From a virus: a stretch of 64,000 bases of DNA. Each line of letters begins with the position of its first letter. Positions within the stretch are counted from its first letter, which is position 1. Made by a program: the position numbers and the translations under genes. Positions 1 through 8,129 of the stretch are shown one piece after another. A model generated the notes under the pieces. It saw only the letters and a program-made list of their open reading frames with translations, ran no database searches and was not told the origin of the DNA. The stretch lies in IMG/VR virus record IMGVR_UViG_3300044614_001780, one strand, 5' to 3'.

Positions 1-346
1 CAAAAGGTTCCAGAGTTTCAATATCACTCTGATACCGATTGAACAAGTCTTTATGTGCTTCATCATCTCCATTCACTTCTTCTTTGATTGCTCTCAACCT
101 TTCAGATAATGTTTGACCATTATCTCGAAGTTGAACCCAGAAGTTATAGAGATAAAAATATTTGTCATTTACCCAAATAGGAACCTTTGGGTAGTTTTGA
201 GAAATCATTAAAGAAATACTTCCACCACCCAAGAATGGTTCTCTAAACTCATTGAAGTCACTAGGAAACCAAGGAGCAAGAGTTTTTAGTGCTTTACTCT
301 TACCTCCTGGATAACGGAGACAGGTTTTTAGTGGAAATTGCTTCAT
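1..346 (-). CDS. dam: DNA adenine methyltransferase, D12/Dam class (5' part; runs off the window)
   Basis: Manual translation from ATG at 346: MKQFPLKTCLRYPGGKSKALKTLAPWFPSDFNEFREPFLGGGS...VNDKY; RYPGGKS and EPFxGGGS motifs of Dam/D12 MTases. Confidence 0.93.
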   Translation of the reverse strand, partial: MKQFPLKTCLRYPGGKSKALKTLAPWFPSDFNEFREPFLGGGSISLMISQNYPKVPIWVNDKYFYLYNFWVQLRDNGQTLSERLRAIKEEVNGDDEAHKDLFNRYQSDIETLEPF

Positions 347-948
347 CTATCTTTAATCCAATTGATGATTAAGTCATTTATTGCTTCAGAAAGTTTAACA
401 CTAGAAGAAGGAAATGTAAAGTTGGCAACATCCAAATCAAGATAAGTCAATTCATCATAAGGAAGATAGGAAAATACCCCATCACCTTCATGAACATAAT
501 ATTTTTGTGCAGTTTCTTTAGATGCAAATGCAACTTTAAGGCACTCTCGGTCAATAATCATTACATAATGAAATTTATTCTCTCCCTTAAATCGATTAAA
601 TGCATCCTCGTCAATTTTACCTCGATAATTCTTCATCTTGACTTTATTGCAAGTATGAAATTTATTAGTTCCTTTAATTTTTCTTTCTTTAAAGAAATTT
701 TTTTGGAATTTGCCTTCGATTAAAACTTCTTGACCGTCAACCATCAGAATAAAATCCACACCATCTTCATCAATGTGAATTAGTTCCGAAAAAGTAACTA
801 CAGATAATTCAAGAATTTTAGCTCGAAGCATATTATCTGCTTTACTTTTAAACCCTTTATCGGAATAAAGATCAACTAATGCTCCAAAAATTCTATTCCA
901 ATCCCATTGGGTTTCGCAGATGGTTTTTAGATAGTCAATGGTAATCAT
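343..948 (-). CDS. Putative PD-(D/E)xK nuclease / restriction-endonuclease-like protein
   Basis: Likely start MITIDY at 948 because the longer ORF overlaps tRNA-Leu; motif E...DGVDF...LIEGK; ATGA overlap with dam. Confidence 0.5.
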   Translation of the reverse strand: MITIDYLKTICETQWDWNRIFGALVDLYSDKGFKSKADNMLRAKILELSVVTFSELIHIDEDGVDFILMVDGQEVLIEGKFQKNFFKERKIKGTNKFHTCNKVKMKNYRGKIDEDAFNRFKGENKFHYVMIIDRECLKVAFASKETAQKYYVHEGDGVFSYLPYDELTYLDLDVANFTFPSSSVKLSEAINDLIINWIKDR

Positions 949-982
949 AAGTTTGGATAAAAAAAAGACCCTTTCGGGTAAG

Positions 983-1066
983 TAGGAGTAGGGAGACTTG
1001 AACTCCCACGGGGTTGCCCCCAACAGATTTTAAGTCTGGTGTGTCTACCGATTCCACCATACTCCC
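983..1066 (-). tRNA. tRNA-Leu(TAA)
   Basis: GGGAGTATGGTGGAATCGGTAGACAC...CAGA CTTAAAA TCTG, long variable arm, GTTCAAGTC T-loop. Confidence 0.95.
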
Positions 1067-1071
1067 TTAGG

Positions 1072-1143
1072 TAGGACTGTGGAGAATTGAACTCCATTCA
1101 CACCGTTATAAGCAGTGGGCCTTAACCAATAGGCGACAGTCCC
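1072..1143 (-). tRNA. tRNA-Ile(TAT)
   Basis: GGGACTGTCGCCTATTGGTTAAGGC CACTG CTTATAA CGGTG...GTTCAATTC...CAGTCCTA. Confidence 0.92.
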
Positions 1144-1160
1144 TTGATTGGGATATGACA

Positions 1161-1189
1161 ATCATAAGGCAGAGACCCTAGATTGTCAA
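1161..1189 (-). promoter_or_regulatory. Sigma70-like promoter between tRNA-Met and tRNA-Ile
   Basis: TTGACA-17nt-TATGAT. Confidence 0.8.
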
Positions 1190-1190
1190 G

Positions 1191-1263
1191 TGCTGGTTGC
1201 GAGGATCGAACTCGCCTCCCATCGATTATGAGTCGATTGCATTCGCCAGATTGCTAAACCAGC
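1191..1263 (-). tRNA. tRNA-Met(CAT) (CAU anticodon; Ile2 not excluded)
   Basis: GCTGGTTTAGCAATCTGGCGAATGCA ATCGA CTCATAA TCGAT...GTTCGATCC...AACCAGCA. Confidence 0.92.
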
Positions 1264-1297
1264 ATTTGCTATTCGCAAATAACGAATAGCAGGGTAA

Positions 1298-1528
1298 TCA
1301 GACAGAAATCAAAGTTCCATCTTTACGAAGACCAGAGATAAACTTCCCGAGACTCTCGTTTGCATTTACAGTTTCCTCCAACTTTTCAATAAAGTTATCT
1401 ACGTCTTCACATTGGAAGTAGTAATACTTATCAGGATTGGCAGTAAAAGCAACACCAATCTCACTGTCATCGTGATTAAAAGAAATCTTGGAGATGGCAG
1501 ATGAATTAGTGAACTCAATCAAGGACAT
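1298..1528 (-). CDS. KTSC-domain-like protein
   Basis: SSAISKISF...IGVAF...YYYF...ESLGKFI pattern. Confidence 0.65.
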   Translation of the reverse strand: MSLIEFTNSSAISKISFNHDDSEIGVAFTANPDKYYYFQCEDVDNFIEKLEETVNANESLGKFISGLRKDGTLISV

Positions 1529-1557
1529 TGGTGGTTTCCCCTCTCGATTACCTTGTA

Positions 1558-1613
1558 ATCATAGCACCTCTTGGGGTGCTTGGCAAGACTGGTGGACGGT
1601 TTCAGGACTGTCC
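1558..1613 (-). promoter_or_regulatory. Early promoter with upstream palindromic box
   Basis: GGACAGT-N6-ACCGTCCAC followed by TTGCCA-17-TATGAT. Confidence 0.75.
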
Positions 1614-1772
1614 TCAGTCGGTTATGATTAAATTAAACCAAGTATCACTCATACCTTCAATAATCTTATCTGCAGCATCTTTATCATCTGCATAACCTTC
1701 TGAGATTAAATGCTCTACAACACTCTCATAGGTCTTATAAGTTTCCTGCAATTCTCTTGGTGTTGGCTTCAT
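1614..1772 (-). CDS. Small protein with the EGYAD...MS..W domain (52 aa, not in ORF track)
   Basis: Manual translation MKPTPRELQETYKTYESVVEHLISEGYADDKDAADKIIEGMSDTWFNLIITD; homologous to the C-terminus of 2509..3429. Confidence 0.75.
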   Translation of the reverse strand: MKPTPRELQETYKTYESVVEHLISEGYADDKDAADKIIEGMSDTWFNLIITD

Positions 1773-1776
1773 TTGA

Positions 1777-2016
1777 CTACTTTTTTCTTTTATTTATTTG
1801 TTTTATCCACTCATCAGGTATTTTACCGTGAGTATCAACAAAAGCATTATGTAGTTCTTTTGCACTCATCTTGTGCTTTTTCATAATCTTACGCATCAAT
1901 TTATCAATTGAATCATAAGAAGTATCATCTAACTTTTTAAGTCCATCTTCAAGTTCACCAACTGCGTTATCTACGCAACCACAATGTTCAGAAATGAATT
2001 CTTTATAAGTTTTCAT
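1777..2016 (-). CDS. Putative head-packaged internal protein (CTS-like N-terminus)
   Basis: Starts MKTYKEFISE; AATAAATA late-promoter-like site just upstream. Confidence 0.65.
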   Translation of the reverse strand: MKTYKEFISEHCGCVDNAVGELEDGLKKLDDTSYDSIDKLMRKIMKKHKMSAKELHNAFVDTHGKIPDEWIKQINKRKK

Positions 2017-2024
2017 TTTTACTT

Positions 2025-2432
2025 TTATTTATTGAGAAAACCTCGCATACCAGTAGCAGCAACAAAACTCTCAAGACCTTTGTTAATTGGTCGAACCTTA
2101 ATGTAAATCTCATCAGGAACTTCACCAAAGAATCCCTGCAACCAAGGGCACAACCAAACAGGAATACACATCGTCGTATCAGTATAAGTTGTACCTTCTT
2201 CATCAGATACTTCTTTCACCAGAAGAGTATCACAATCAGCAGGTTCTTCAAGGAAGAGAGAAATCTCAACTTCATCACCTTCAATCGGATACTTTCCAGT
2301 CTTGAAGTAGCAATGCTCATCAATTGCTTCTTCAGTTCCATTCATCAGGAGTTCTTCAACTGTATCATTATGAGGATGGTCAAAGTGATACAAACCGTCT
2401 TCACGTTTGATTGCTACAACTGTAAGTTCCAT
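2025..2432 (-). CDS. Hypothetical early protein (WLCP motif, DUF6717-like)
   Basis: Likely start MELTVV at 2432 downstream of a promoter; C-terminal WLCPWLQGFFGEVPDEIYI. Confidence 0.6.
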   Translation of the reverse strand: MELTVVAIKREDGLYHFDHPHNDTVEELLMNGTEEAIDEHCYFKTGKYPIEGDEVEISLFLEEPADCDTLLVKEVSDEEGTTYTDTTMCIPVWLCPWLQGFFGEVPDEIYIKVRPINKGLESFVAATGMRGFLNK

Positions 2433-2452
2433 AAGATTCGTGTGTTTCAAGT

Positions 2453-2510
2453 AGTATAGCACAAAAAAAGACCCCTTGCGGGGTCTTAGGGACAGTTTGG
2501 GAATTGTCTC
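2453..2510 (-). promoter_or_regulatory. Intrinsic terminator overlapping an early promoter (extended -10 plus palindromic box)
   Basis: AGACAAT-N6-ACTGTCC; AAGACCCC-GCAA-GGGGTCTT-T run; TGCTATACT. Confidence 0.7.
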
Positions 2511-3429
2511 ATTCACCAAGAATAGTTTGCTTCCACTCTTCACTCATATTTGCCATAATGACTAAAGCATTCTCATTAGTATCTGCATAACCTTCTGCAA
2601 CCAGATACTCAAGAATGATATCAAATGCATCATACTCATAATCTTGCTTCAGAAGACCACCAACAGTCTCCTTTGCTTTATCATACATTTGTTGCCCTTG
2701 CTGTCTTCCTTTATTCCTTCCAATTGCACCACCAATATCACTGATAACAGGAAGATTTCCAGTTCTATTTCTACCTTCTCTTTCACCAATTCTACTACCA
2801 ATTTCACCAGCAGTATCTCTTGCCATTTTGTCAAGACTACCCAAAAGACCACTTGGTTTCGGTGCTTGTGCTACTGGTCCTGGAGTTGGAGTCTTTACAG
2901 GTCCACCTGGAGTGCTAACTGGACCACCAGGAGTTCTTACAGTTCTATCAGTTGTTGGTTTAGGTGCTTTTGCTCTTGCGATATTCGCAGCAAGCATTTC
3001 ATCTCTTCCAGTTGCCTCATAAACATTATCATATGATTCTGCTGGATAAGATGGATAAAAACCTTTCTTATCTTTTGGAACATCAGTTCCAAACATTGTT
3101 CTTTTTACTTGTCCTTCAGTTTTCTTCCAGAATGGATTTTTCTTAAATTGATGAGACTTTCCTTTTGGTTGTTTTCCTCTTTTACTCATCTTTTCCTGTG
3201 CGGCAGCAAGATTTCCGTGTCTTGCATACTCTTTCTCACCAGGACCACCCTTCTCAAATGAAGCAGCATCAGGATTATCTACACCAAGTTGCTTTCTTTT
3301 TGCTTCTGATTTTTCTTTTGGTGTATATCCAGAAGGATTTGGGTTTTTAGGGTCGTGCCAAGCAACTTTACCCTCACTATAAACTTCCAAATATGCTTCT
3401 TGAAGATTATGTAAGTCCTGGTAGTCCAT
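2509..3429 (-). CDS. Modular basic protein, putative internal head protein
   Basis: N-terminal MDYQDLHNLQEAYLEVYSE, basic modules, TPGGPV repeats, C-terminal EGYADT...MSEEW domain. Confidence 0.65.
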   Translation of the reverse strand: MDYQDLHNLQEAYLEVYSEGKVAWHDPKNPNPSGYTPKEKSEAKRKQLGVDNPDAASFEKGGPGEKEYARHGNLAAAQEKMSKRGKQPKGKSHQFKKNPFWKKTEGQVKRTMFGTDVPKDKKGFYPSYPAESYDNVYEATGRDEMLAANIARAKAPKPTTDRTVRTPGGPVSTPGGPVKTPTPGPVAQAPKPSGLLGSLDKMARDTAGEIGSRIGEREGRNRTGNLPVISDIGGAIGRNKGRQQGQQMYDKAKETVGGLLKQDYEYDAFDIILEYLVAEGYADTNENALVIMANMSEEWKQTILGE

Positions 3430-3457
3430 ATACTTATATTTTTTTAGTTATTTAGGT

Positions 3458-4720
3458 TTAGTCTGCTTTTCCAACCATCAATCCAGTTTTTTCTGACTTT
3501 TCAGTGCTTCTTTTGCCGAATGCTTTCTTATAAAGTTTTGCTCTCTTTGCTACTCCAGTCTTCTGGTCTTCACCATGCATAACTGCAGTTGGTTTTCCAA
3601 TTACAGCTTCACCTTTCTTTGCTCCTGCTGCTTTCAGATGCTTTGGAGTATCTTTTAGTGCTTGGATAAAGTTTCTACCCCTCTCCATTTGTTGGTCTTT
3701 ATCACCTTTTCCAACTTCACTATCTCGGTGCATAATATCTACGGTATGAACTTTACCTGTCTTATTTGCACCTGTCTTTGTCATTTGCTTTTTCAAGTCT
3801 CTCACTCTTCTTACACTTTCACTTGAAGGTGCAGTCTTGAGTTTAGTCATTCCAGTCGCAGTTTTTCCTGCTGGTTTGAACTTCTTAATTAGTTGTTCTC
3901 CCTTTGCTGCTTTTCTTGCAGAAGAGTGAGTGCGGATGTAATGGTCCTGTTCTGTGCTGCCATAATCATCCTCAGTATCTTCACTATCATAAGTTGTATA
4001 ATCTTTTGCTTTGGTTCTCAAATCTTTAGTGGAATACTTACCAGTTCCCTTCAGTCCTGCTTTCTTTGCAACTGATGCTGTAGTTCTCTCTTGTCTATCC
4101 ATATCAGCACCACGACCACGGGCAAGAGTTACCTTACCTCTTGTTCTTCTACCACTTCTTTCACCACCTGAACTTTCTTCGAGTTCATAATCATATAAAT
4201 CAAATTCAAACTCTTCCTTTGGTTCTTTTAAATCATTTTGATGATAAACTTTTTGCCTTTCATCATTTTTATAAAGTTTTGAGTTAAGTTTCGTCTTTAT
4301 ATTTTTGTGGTCTTTTTGTTGCCTTCTTAGTTCTCCCTTTGGAGCAACACTTGTTAAAGAACCAACTTTAAACAGACCAAATTCGTGTCTCTTTCCTCTA
4401 GGTGTTTTCTTGTCCTTTTCATCATCGTGGGCCATCTTCAACTTTCCATATCTCTCATAATCTTTATCACTTATATCCCAAGATTTTCCACCAAAGGAAT
4501 TTTTATTTGGATTCTCTACACCTAATGAAATTCTTTTTGCTCTATTTTTTTCTCTTGGAGTCAATCCAGATTGAAGAGGTTTCTTTGGGTTATCCCAATC
4601 CACTTTTCCCTCTTTCACGCAACGATTATAAGTCTTCCCAAATAGTTTTTGAGTGCCTTTCTTTTCATATCCAGGCCAGCACTTCTTTGCTTCTACTACA
4701 AACTCTTGATATGTCTTCAT
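3458..4720 (-). CDS. Modular basic protein with T4 CTS-like N-terminus
   Basis: MKTYQEFVVEA (compare T4 IPII/IPIII MKTYQEFIAE); acidic linker EEFEFDLYDYELEE. Confidence 0.7.
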   Translation of the reverse strand: MKTYQEFVVEAKKCWPGYEKKGTQKLFGKTYNRCVKEGKVDWDNPKKPLQSGLTPREKNRAKRISLGVENPNKNSFGGKSWDISDKDYERYGKLKMAHDDEKDKKTPRGKRHEFGLFKVGSLTSVAPKGELRRQQKDHKNIKTKLNSKLYKNDERQKVYHQNDLKEPKEEFEFDLYDYELEESSGGERSGRRTRGKVTLARGRGADMDRQERTTASVAKKAGLKGTGKYSTKDLRTKAKDYTTYDSEDTEDDYGSTEQDHYIRTHSSARKAAKGEQLIKKFKPAGKTATGMTKLKTAPSSESVRRVRDLKKQMTKTGANKTGKVHTVDIMHRDSEVGKGDKDQQMERGRNFIQALKDTPKHLKAAGAKKGEAVIGKPTAVMHGEDQKTGVAKRAKLYKKAFGKRSTEKSEKTGLMVGKAD

Positions 4721-5574
4721 TTTGAACCCCAGATAGAATATCTACCACCATACTGACCTCTCCAAGAATCTACTGCCTTACGTTTTGCTTGAACTCTATC
4801 AGTTGCAGTTGTTCCTGGTTTTGGTGCAGTCTTTGCACCTCTCTCCTTCTTCACTCCTCTTCCAGAACCACCTTCACCGTGTTCGTGTGGTTTGTATCCC
4901 ATTGTAGGACCACCGTGTGTTCCTCCTGCCTGAATTGCTGGGGCACCACCTTCTTTACCTTGCTTAAATCTTCCAAGGGAAGCAGTAGGATTGATTTGCT
5001 TTTTCTCAACAGTTTTTGTTTCCCACTTTTTACCACTACCTTCTGGTGCTTTTTGCACAGTTTTATATTTCTTAGTTAGATAAAGAGGAGTCTTCTTCTT
5101 TCCTTTTACTTTATCCTCTTTACGCATCTCATCAAGACGTGTTCTTTTTGATTTTTTCAATGCAACTTTATATTCTGGAGATGGACCTGAACCCAATGGT
5201 CTCTCACCTCTTTCTCTTTGTGCCTTATCAATTTTTTGTTGCTCCAACTTACCAACACCTCTCTTTCTTCCAGGTGCCTTTGCTCCACTTCCACCACCAC
5301 CGTGTGCGTGTCTGGTAGCACCATAGGTTTCTGGTTGACCGTATATGTTGAGAGGGTCCTTCATACCCTGCTTAATTCTACCAGTTGCTGCTCTAGGTGA
5401 TAGTGAAGTTCTTGTTGATTTCTTGACTTCTGAACGACCAGTCTCAGGGTTCTTCACAACTCTTCCAGAAGTTTTGGTTACATAAAGAGGAGTTTCCTTT
5501 TCTCCCTTGACTTTATCTTCTTTACGCATCTCAACGAGATATGCTTCTTCCAGAAACTCTTTAAAGGTCTTCAT
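4717..5574 (-). CDS. Modular basic protein with CTS-like N-terminus and internal duplication
   Basis: MKTFKEFLEEAYLVE; module EMRKEDKVKGxKxTPLYxTK occurs twice. Confidence 0.7.
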   Translation of the reverse strand: MKTFKEFLEEAYLVEMRKEDKVKGEKETPLYVTKTSGRVVKNPETGRSEVKKSTRTSLSPRAATGRIKQGMKDPLNIYGQPETYGATRHAHGGGGSGAKAPGRKRGVGKLEQQKIDKAQRERGERPLGSGPSPEYKVALKKSKRTRLDEMRKEDKVKGKKKTPLYLTKKYKTVQKAPEGSGKKWETKTVEKKQINPTASLGRFKQGKEGGAPAIQAGGTHGGPTMGYKPHEHGEGGSGRGVKKERGAKTAPKPGTTATDRVQAKRKAVDSWRGQYGGRYSIWGSK

Positions 5575-5614
5575 CTGTTTACGACTTTTCTTTTATTTAT
5601 TTGCTTTCTTTTTA

Positions 5615-6445
5615 CTAATCTTCCCCCCTCCTAGTCTTTCTTCTTGCTTTATTCACAAGAGTAGTAAAAGCTCTCATAGGAGTAATTACATTGCCAATAT
5701 CTTCTAGTTTTTTGCGATTACCTCTTTCAAATGCATGGAATTTACCGTGATGAAATCCTGGTTGTTGTGGTTTAAACTTTGAGACTGGACCTTTATTTGC
5801 AACAACTAGGTTTTTGGGGTCATTACCGTGATACTTCTTGTCTTTTGCTTGCTCTTTCTTATATCTCAATACATCACCAGGAGACATATCCTTCATTTCT
5901 TTTCCAGAAGTTTCTATCTCAGTTGCGTGGTGAACTTCTCCACGACGCTTTGCTGATAATCTATGTTTAGATTCAACCTTTGCTTTTTCTCTTGGTGTTA
6001 GTTGCCCTGTTGCCTTTTTAGTTCTTTCTTCACGGTCTTGTTTGTGCTTTTCTCTAGCTTGAACTGAAGCAATGCCATACTTAGGATTTTCTCTGGTTCC
6101 TCTATTTTTAATAAAGGTTCCATCTGGCAGTTTTCCCCCATGATGTTTTATTAACTCATCTCTACTTGAAAAATGTCTTCCTTCACTAATTATTATTGCT
6201 TCTTCAACAAATTCTTTAAAAGTCTTTCTCTTACGATTACGTGCTGGTTCCGATACTCTAGGACTATCTAGATTTCTATTTGCTTCCTTTCTTTTTCTCA
6301 TCAGCTCTCCCATCAAAGGAAGACTTGGAGCAGCATCGTGTCCAGACCTTACTAATGATTGTGGTGATTGTGCTGCATTTGCTGCGAATGATAGTGCTAA
6401 AACAGCATTTGCAGCAGCATCTCTTTTCCTTGCCTCGTCAAGCAT
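5615..6445 (-). CDS. Modular protein with internal CTS-like motif and possible HNH-like C-terminal domain
   Basis: Internal KTFKEFVEEAIIISE; EVHH...GNDPKNL...HGKFH. Confidence 0.55.
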   Translation of the reverse strand: MLDEARKRDAAANAVLALSFAANAAQSPQSLVRSGHDAAPSLPLMGELMRKRKEANRNLDSPRVSEPARNRKRKTFKEFVEEAIIISEGRHFSSRDELIKHHGGKLPDGTFIKNRGTRENPKYGIASVQAREKHKQDREERTKKATGQLTPREKAKVESKHRLSAKRRGEVHHATEIETSGKEMKDMSPGDVLRYKKEQAKDKKYHGNDPKNLVVANKGPVSKFKPQQPGFHHGKFHAFERGNRKKLEDIGNVITPMRAFTTLVNKARRKTRRGED

Positions 6446-6454
6446 CTTGATACT

Positions 6455-6483
6455 AAAAGACCTCTGACTATTTATCAGAGGTC
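6455..6483 (-). terminator. Intrinsic terminator with a late-promoter-like TAAATA in its loop
   Basis: GACCTCTGA-TAAATAG-TCAGAGGTC-TTTT. Confidence 0.75.
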
Positions 6484-6615
6484 AAATACGGCATCTATTG
6501 ATTGTTGCGTTAAATCGAGCTGCAACTGAAGAATTTGTGTATCTTCTTCTAAAACTGCAACTCTAATTTTAAGTTCTTCTATTTCCCTTAAAAGTTGTTC
6601 TATTGTTTTTTCCAT
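6475..6615 (-). CDS. Small coiled-coil protein (46 aa, not in ORF track)
   Basis: MEKTIEQLLREIEELKIRVAVLEEDTQILQLQLDLTQQSIDAVFDL; TGATG coupling with the upstream ORF. Confidence 0.6.
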   Translation of the reverse strand: MEKTIEQLLREIEELKIRVAVLEEDTQILQLQLDLTQQSIDAVFDL

Positions 6616-6806
6616 CATTCCTCTAATGGATGTCCAGTACGCCATTTTGTAGTTTCTGGGGGATCACATTTTGCATCCCAAGACTTGACGAGAAGTTCAG
6701 TGAAAAGTTCCATTTTATCTGGGTGTACTGCTGCAGGATTATCATTAATTGCATTTTTAAGTGCAACAAGTTCATCCCACTCTTCTTTAGTCAAATTCTG
6801 CATCAA
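6615..6806 (-). CDS. Hypothetical cyanophage protein
   Basis: ORF in the codirectional array with an AAAGGA RBS. Confidence 0.65.
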   Translation of the reverse strand: MMQNLTKEEWDELVALKNAINDNPAAVHPDKMELFTELLVKSWDAKCDPPETTKWRTGHPLEE

Positions 6807-6897
6807 TGGTTTCCTTTGTTTTTGTGTGAGGTTATCCTAACATAGTTAGGCGGGAAACCCCTGTTCCTTAATAGTATTTTTAGATTTGTATGAAGTT

Positions 6898-7551
6898 TTA
6901 CAACTTTGCATATGAAAAAAGAAAGTCATCAACATATTTTTTGGCAAATTCTTTTCCAAATCTAGATTCCATAAATCCACTAACAGGGTCTAGTTTGTGC
7001 ATATATCTATCAAAATCTACATATGTTGATTCATCTATTTCTGTTGGTTTTTCTTGATTTACCAAAATTTTATAAGTAGAAATATATTTTTTAAAATCAC
7101 TAAGATAAGAATTTATTTCATGAACTGTGCATTTTCTAACAAAGATATAATTAGAGAAATGATTTCCTGGTTCAAAAAATCTTATTTCTTTTGTATTATT
7201 TTTATACTCACCCATTAATGTTTTTACAATTTCATGGTCAAAATTATAGTGTTCTGTAGGGTGCTGAAAATCAAAAACGAGTATAACTTTTTTTTCCATA
7301 AATGCCATTAAATCTATCCCAAATGCTGGCAAATTCTTTCCAGTTTTGGGATAGATAATGTTATTATAAATCGAGGAACTTTCTGTAGTTATGATAGTTT
7401 CTCTTGATTTTATAAAATAGTCTCCACCATAAAGAGTAGAAACTATTTTATTTTCTTTTATTTGATATGATTCCTCTGATGCAATTTTTAAATCTAACTC
7501 ATTAACAATTGTTTCTTTAAAATCACACCAAAGATTACTGTAATCAATCAT
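6898..7551 (-). CDS. pebS: Ferredoxin-dependent bilin reductase, phycoerythrobilin synthase PebS-like
   Basis: IYNNIIYPKTGKNLPAFGIDLM...KKVILVFDFQHP...RFFEPGNHFS...FDRYMHKLDPV...DFLFSY matches the phage PebS motif series. Confidence 0.88.
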   Translation of the reverse strand: MIDYSNLWCDFKETIVNELDLKIASEESYQIKENKIVSTLYGGDYFIKSRETIITTESSSIYNNIIYPKTGKNLPAFGIDLMAFMEKKVILVFDFQHPTEHYNFDHEIVKTLMGEYKNNTKEIRFFEPGNHFSNYIFVRKCTVHEINSYLSDFKKYISTYKILVNQEKPTEIDESTYVDFDRYMHKLDPVSGFMESRFGKEFAKKYVDDFLFSYAKL

Positions 7552-7936
7552 CTTTTTGACTCTGAAATTTTTTTAAATTTTCTATATCTTTTTCAAGTTC
7601 CTCTTTTTGCGTTTTGTCATGATAGTATCCCCAAAGAGCATTGTGAACATCCATCAAATGATCCACCCAGAAACCAGCAGGATAGATTCCTAAAGCATCT
7701 TGGAGACTACGATGAGAACAACCTTCTTCTTCTGCCTTACACATAATATAACAGATTGCCTGAACCATATCCATCTTATCAGATTCAGAAAGCATAAAGT
7801 ACTTCCCTACTGCTCGTTGCTTTGCTTCTTCATTTTCTTTTTGAAGTTGCTTACAAGCATCAGAGTCCCACCACTCTTGAATTGCTTTACCAAAACTATT
7901 TGGCTCTTTATTCTGTGATTGGTCCCCAGGTTCCAC
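7544..7936 (-). CDS. Hypothetical protein
   Basis: Overlapping codirectional ORF. Confidence 0.6.
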   Translation of the reverse strand: MEPGDQSQNKEPNSFGKAIQEWWDSDACKQLQKENEEAKQRAVGKYFMLSESDKMDMVQAICYIMCKAEEEGCSHRSLQDALGIYPAGFWVDHLMDVHNALWGYYHDKTQKEELEKDIENLKKFQSQKDD

Positions 7937-8129
7937 GGTCTCCCTCCATGCGATTCTCTAGTTTATCTAGTATATCATCAAATGTCATGATATGATCAAT
8001 TTCATTAATCAATTTTGAAATTGTTGTACAAACGATTGGTCTTTCTTGACGTGCTGCATAGGACAGGGCATTACGAAGAGAAGATTCTGCTTCTTTTAAT
8101 GAATTTTCTACTGATTTAGATAGTGCCAT
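7908..8129 (-). CDS. Hypothetical cyanophage protein
   Basis: MALSKSVENSLKEAESSLRNALSYAARQERP; codirectional array. Confidence 0.7.
   Translation of the reverse strand: MALSKSVENSLKEAESSLRNALSYAARQERPIVCTTISKLINEIDHIMTFDDILDKLENRMEGDRGTWGPITE

Noticed and set aside
949-1023. N-terminal extension of ORF 343..1023
   Set aside because: It overlaps tRNA-Leu; the ATG at 948 is the plausible start.
2868-2935. TPGGPV tandem repeats
   Set aside because: This is a low-complexity linker within a coding region, with no sign of a separate function.
6887-6902. Second TGTA-N8-TACA (NtcA-like) site over the pebS stop codon
   Set aside because: There is no suitably spaced -10 element, and the match can arise by chance in AT-rich DNA.
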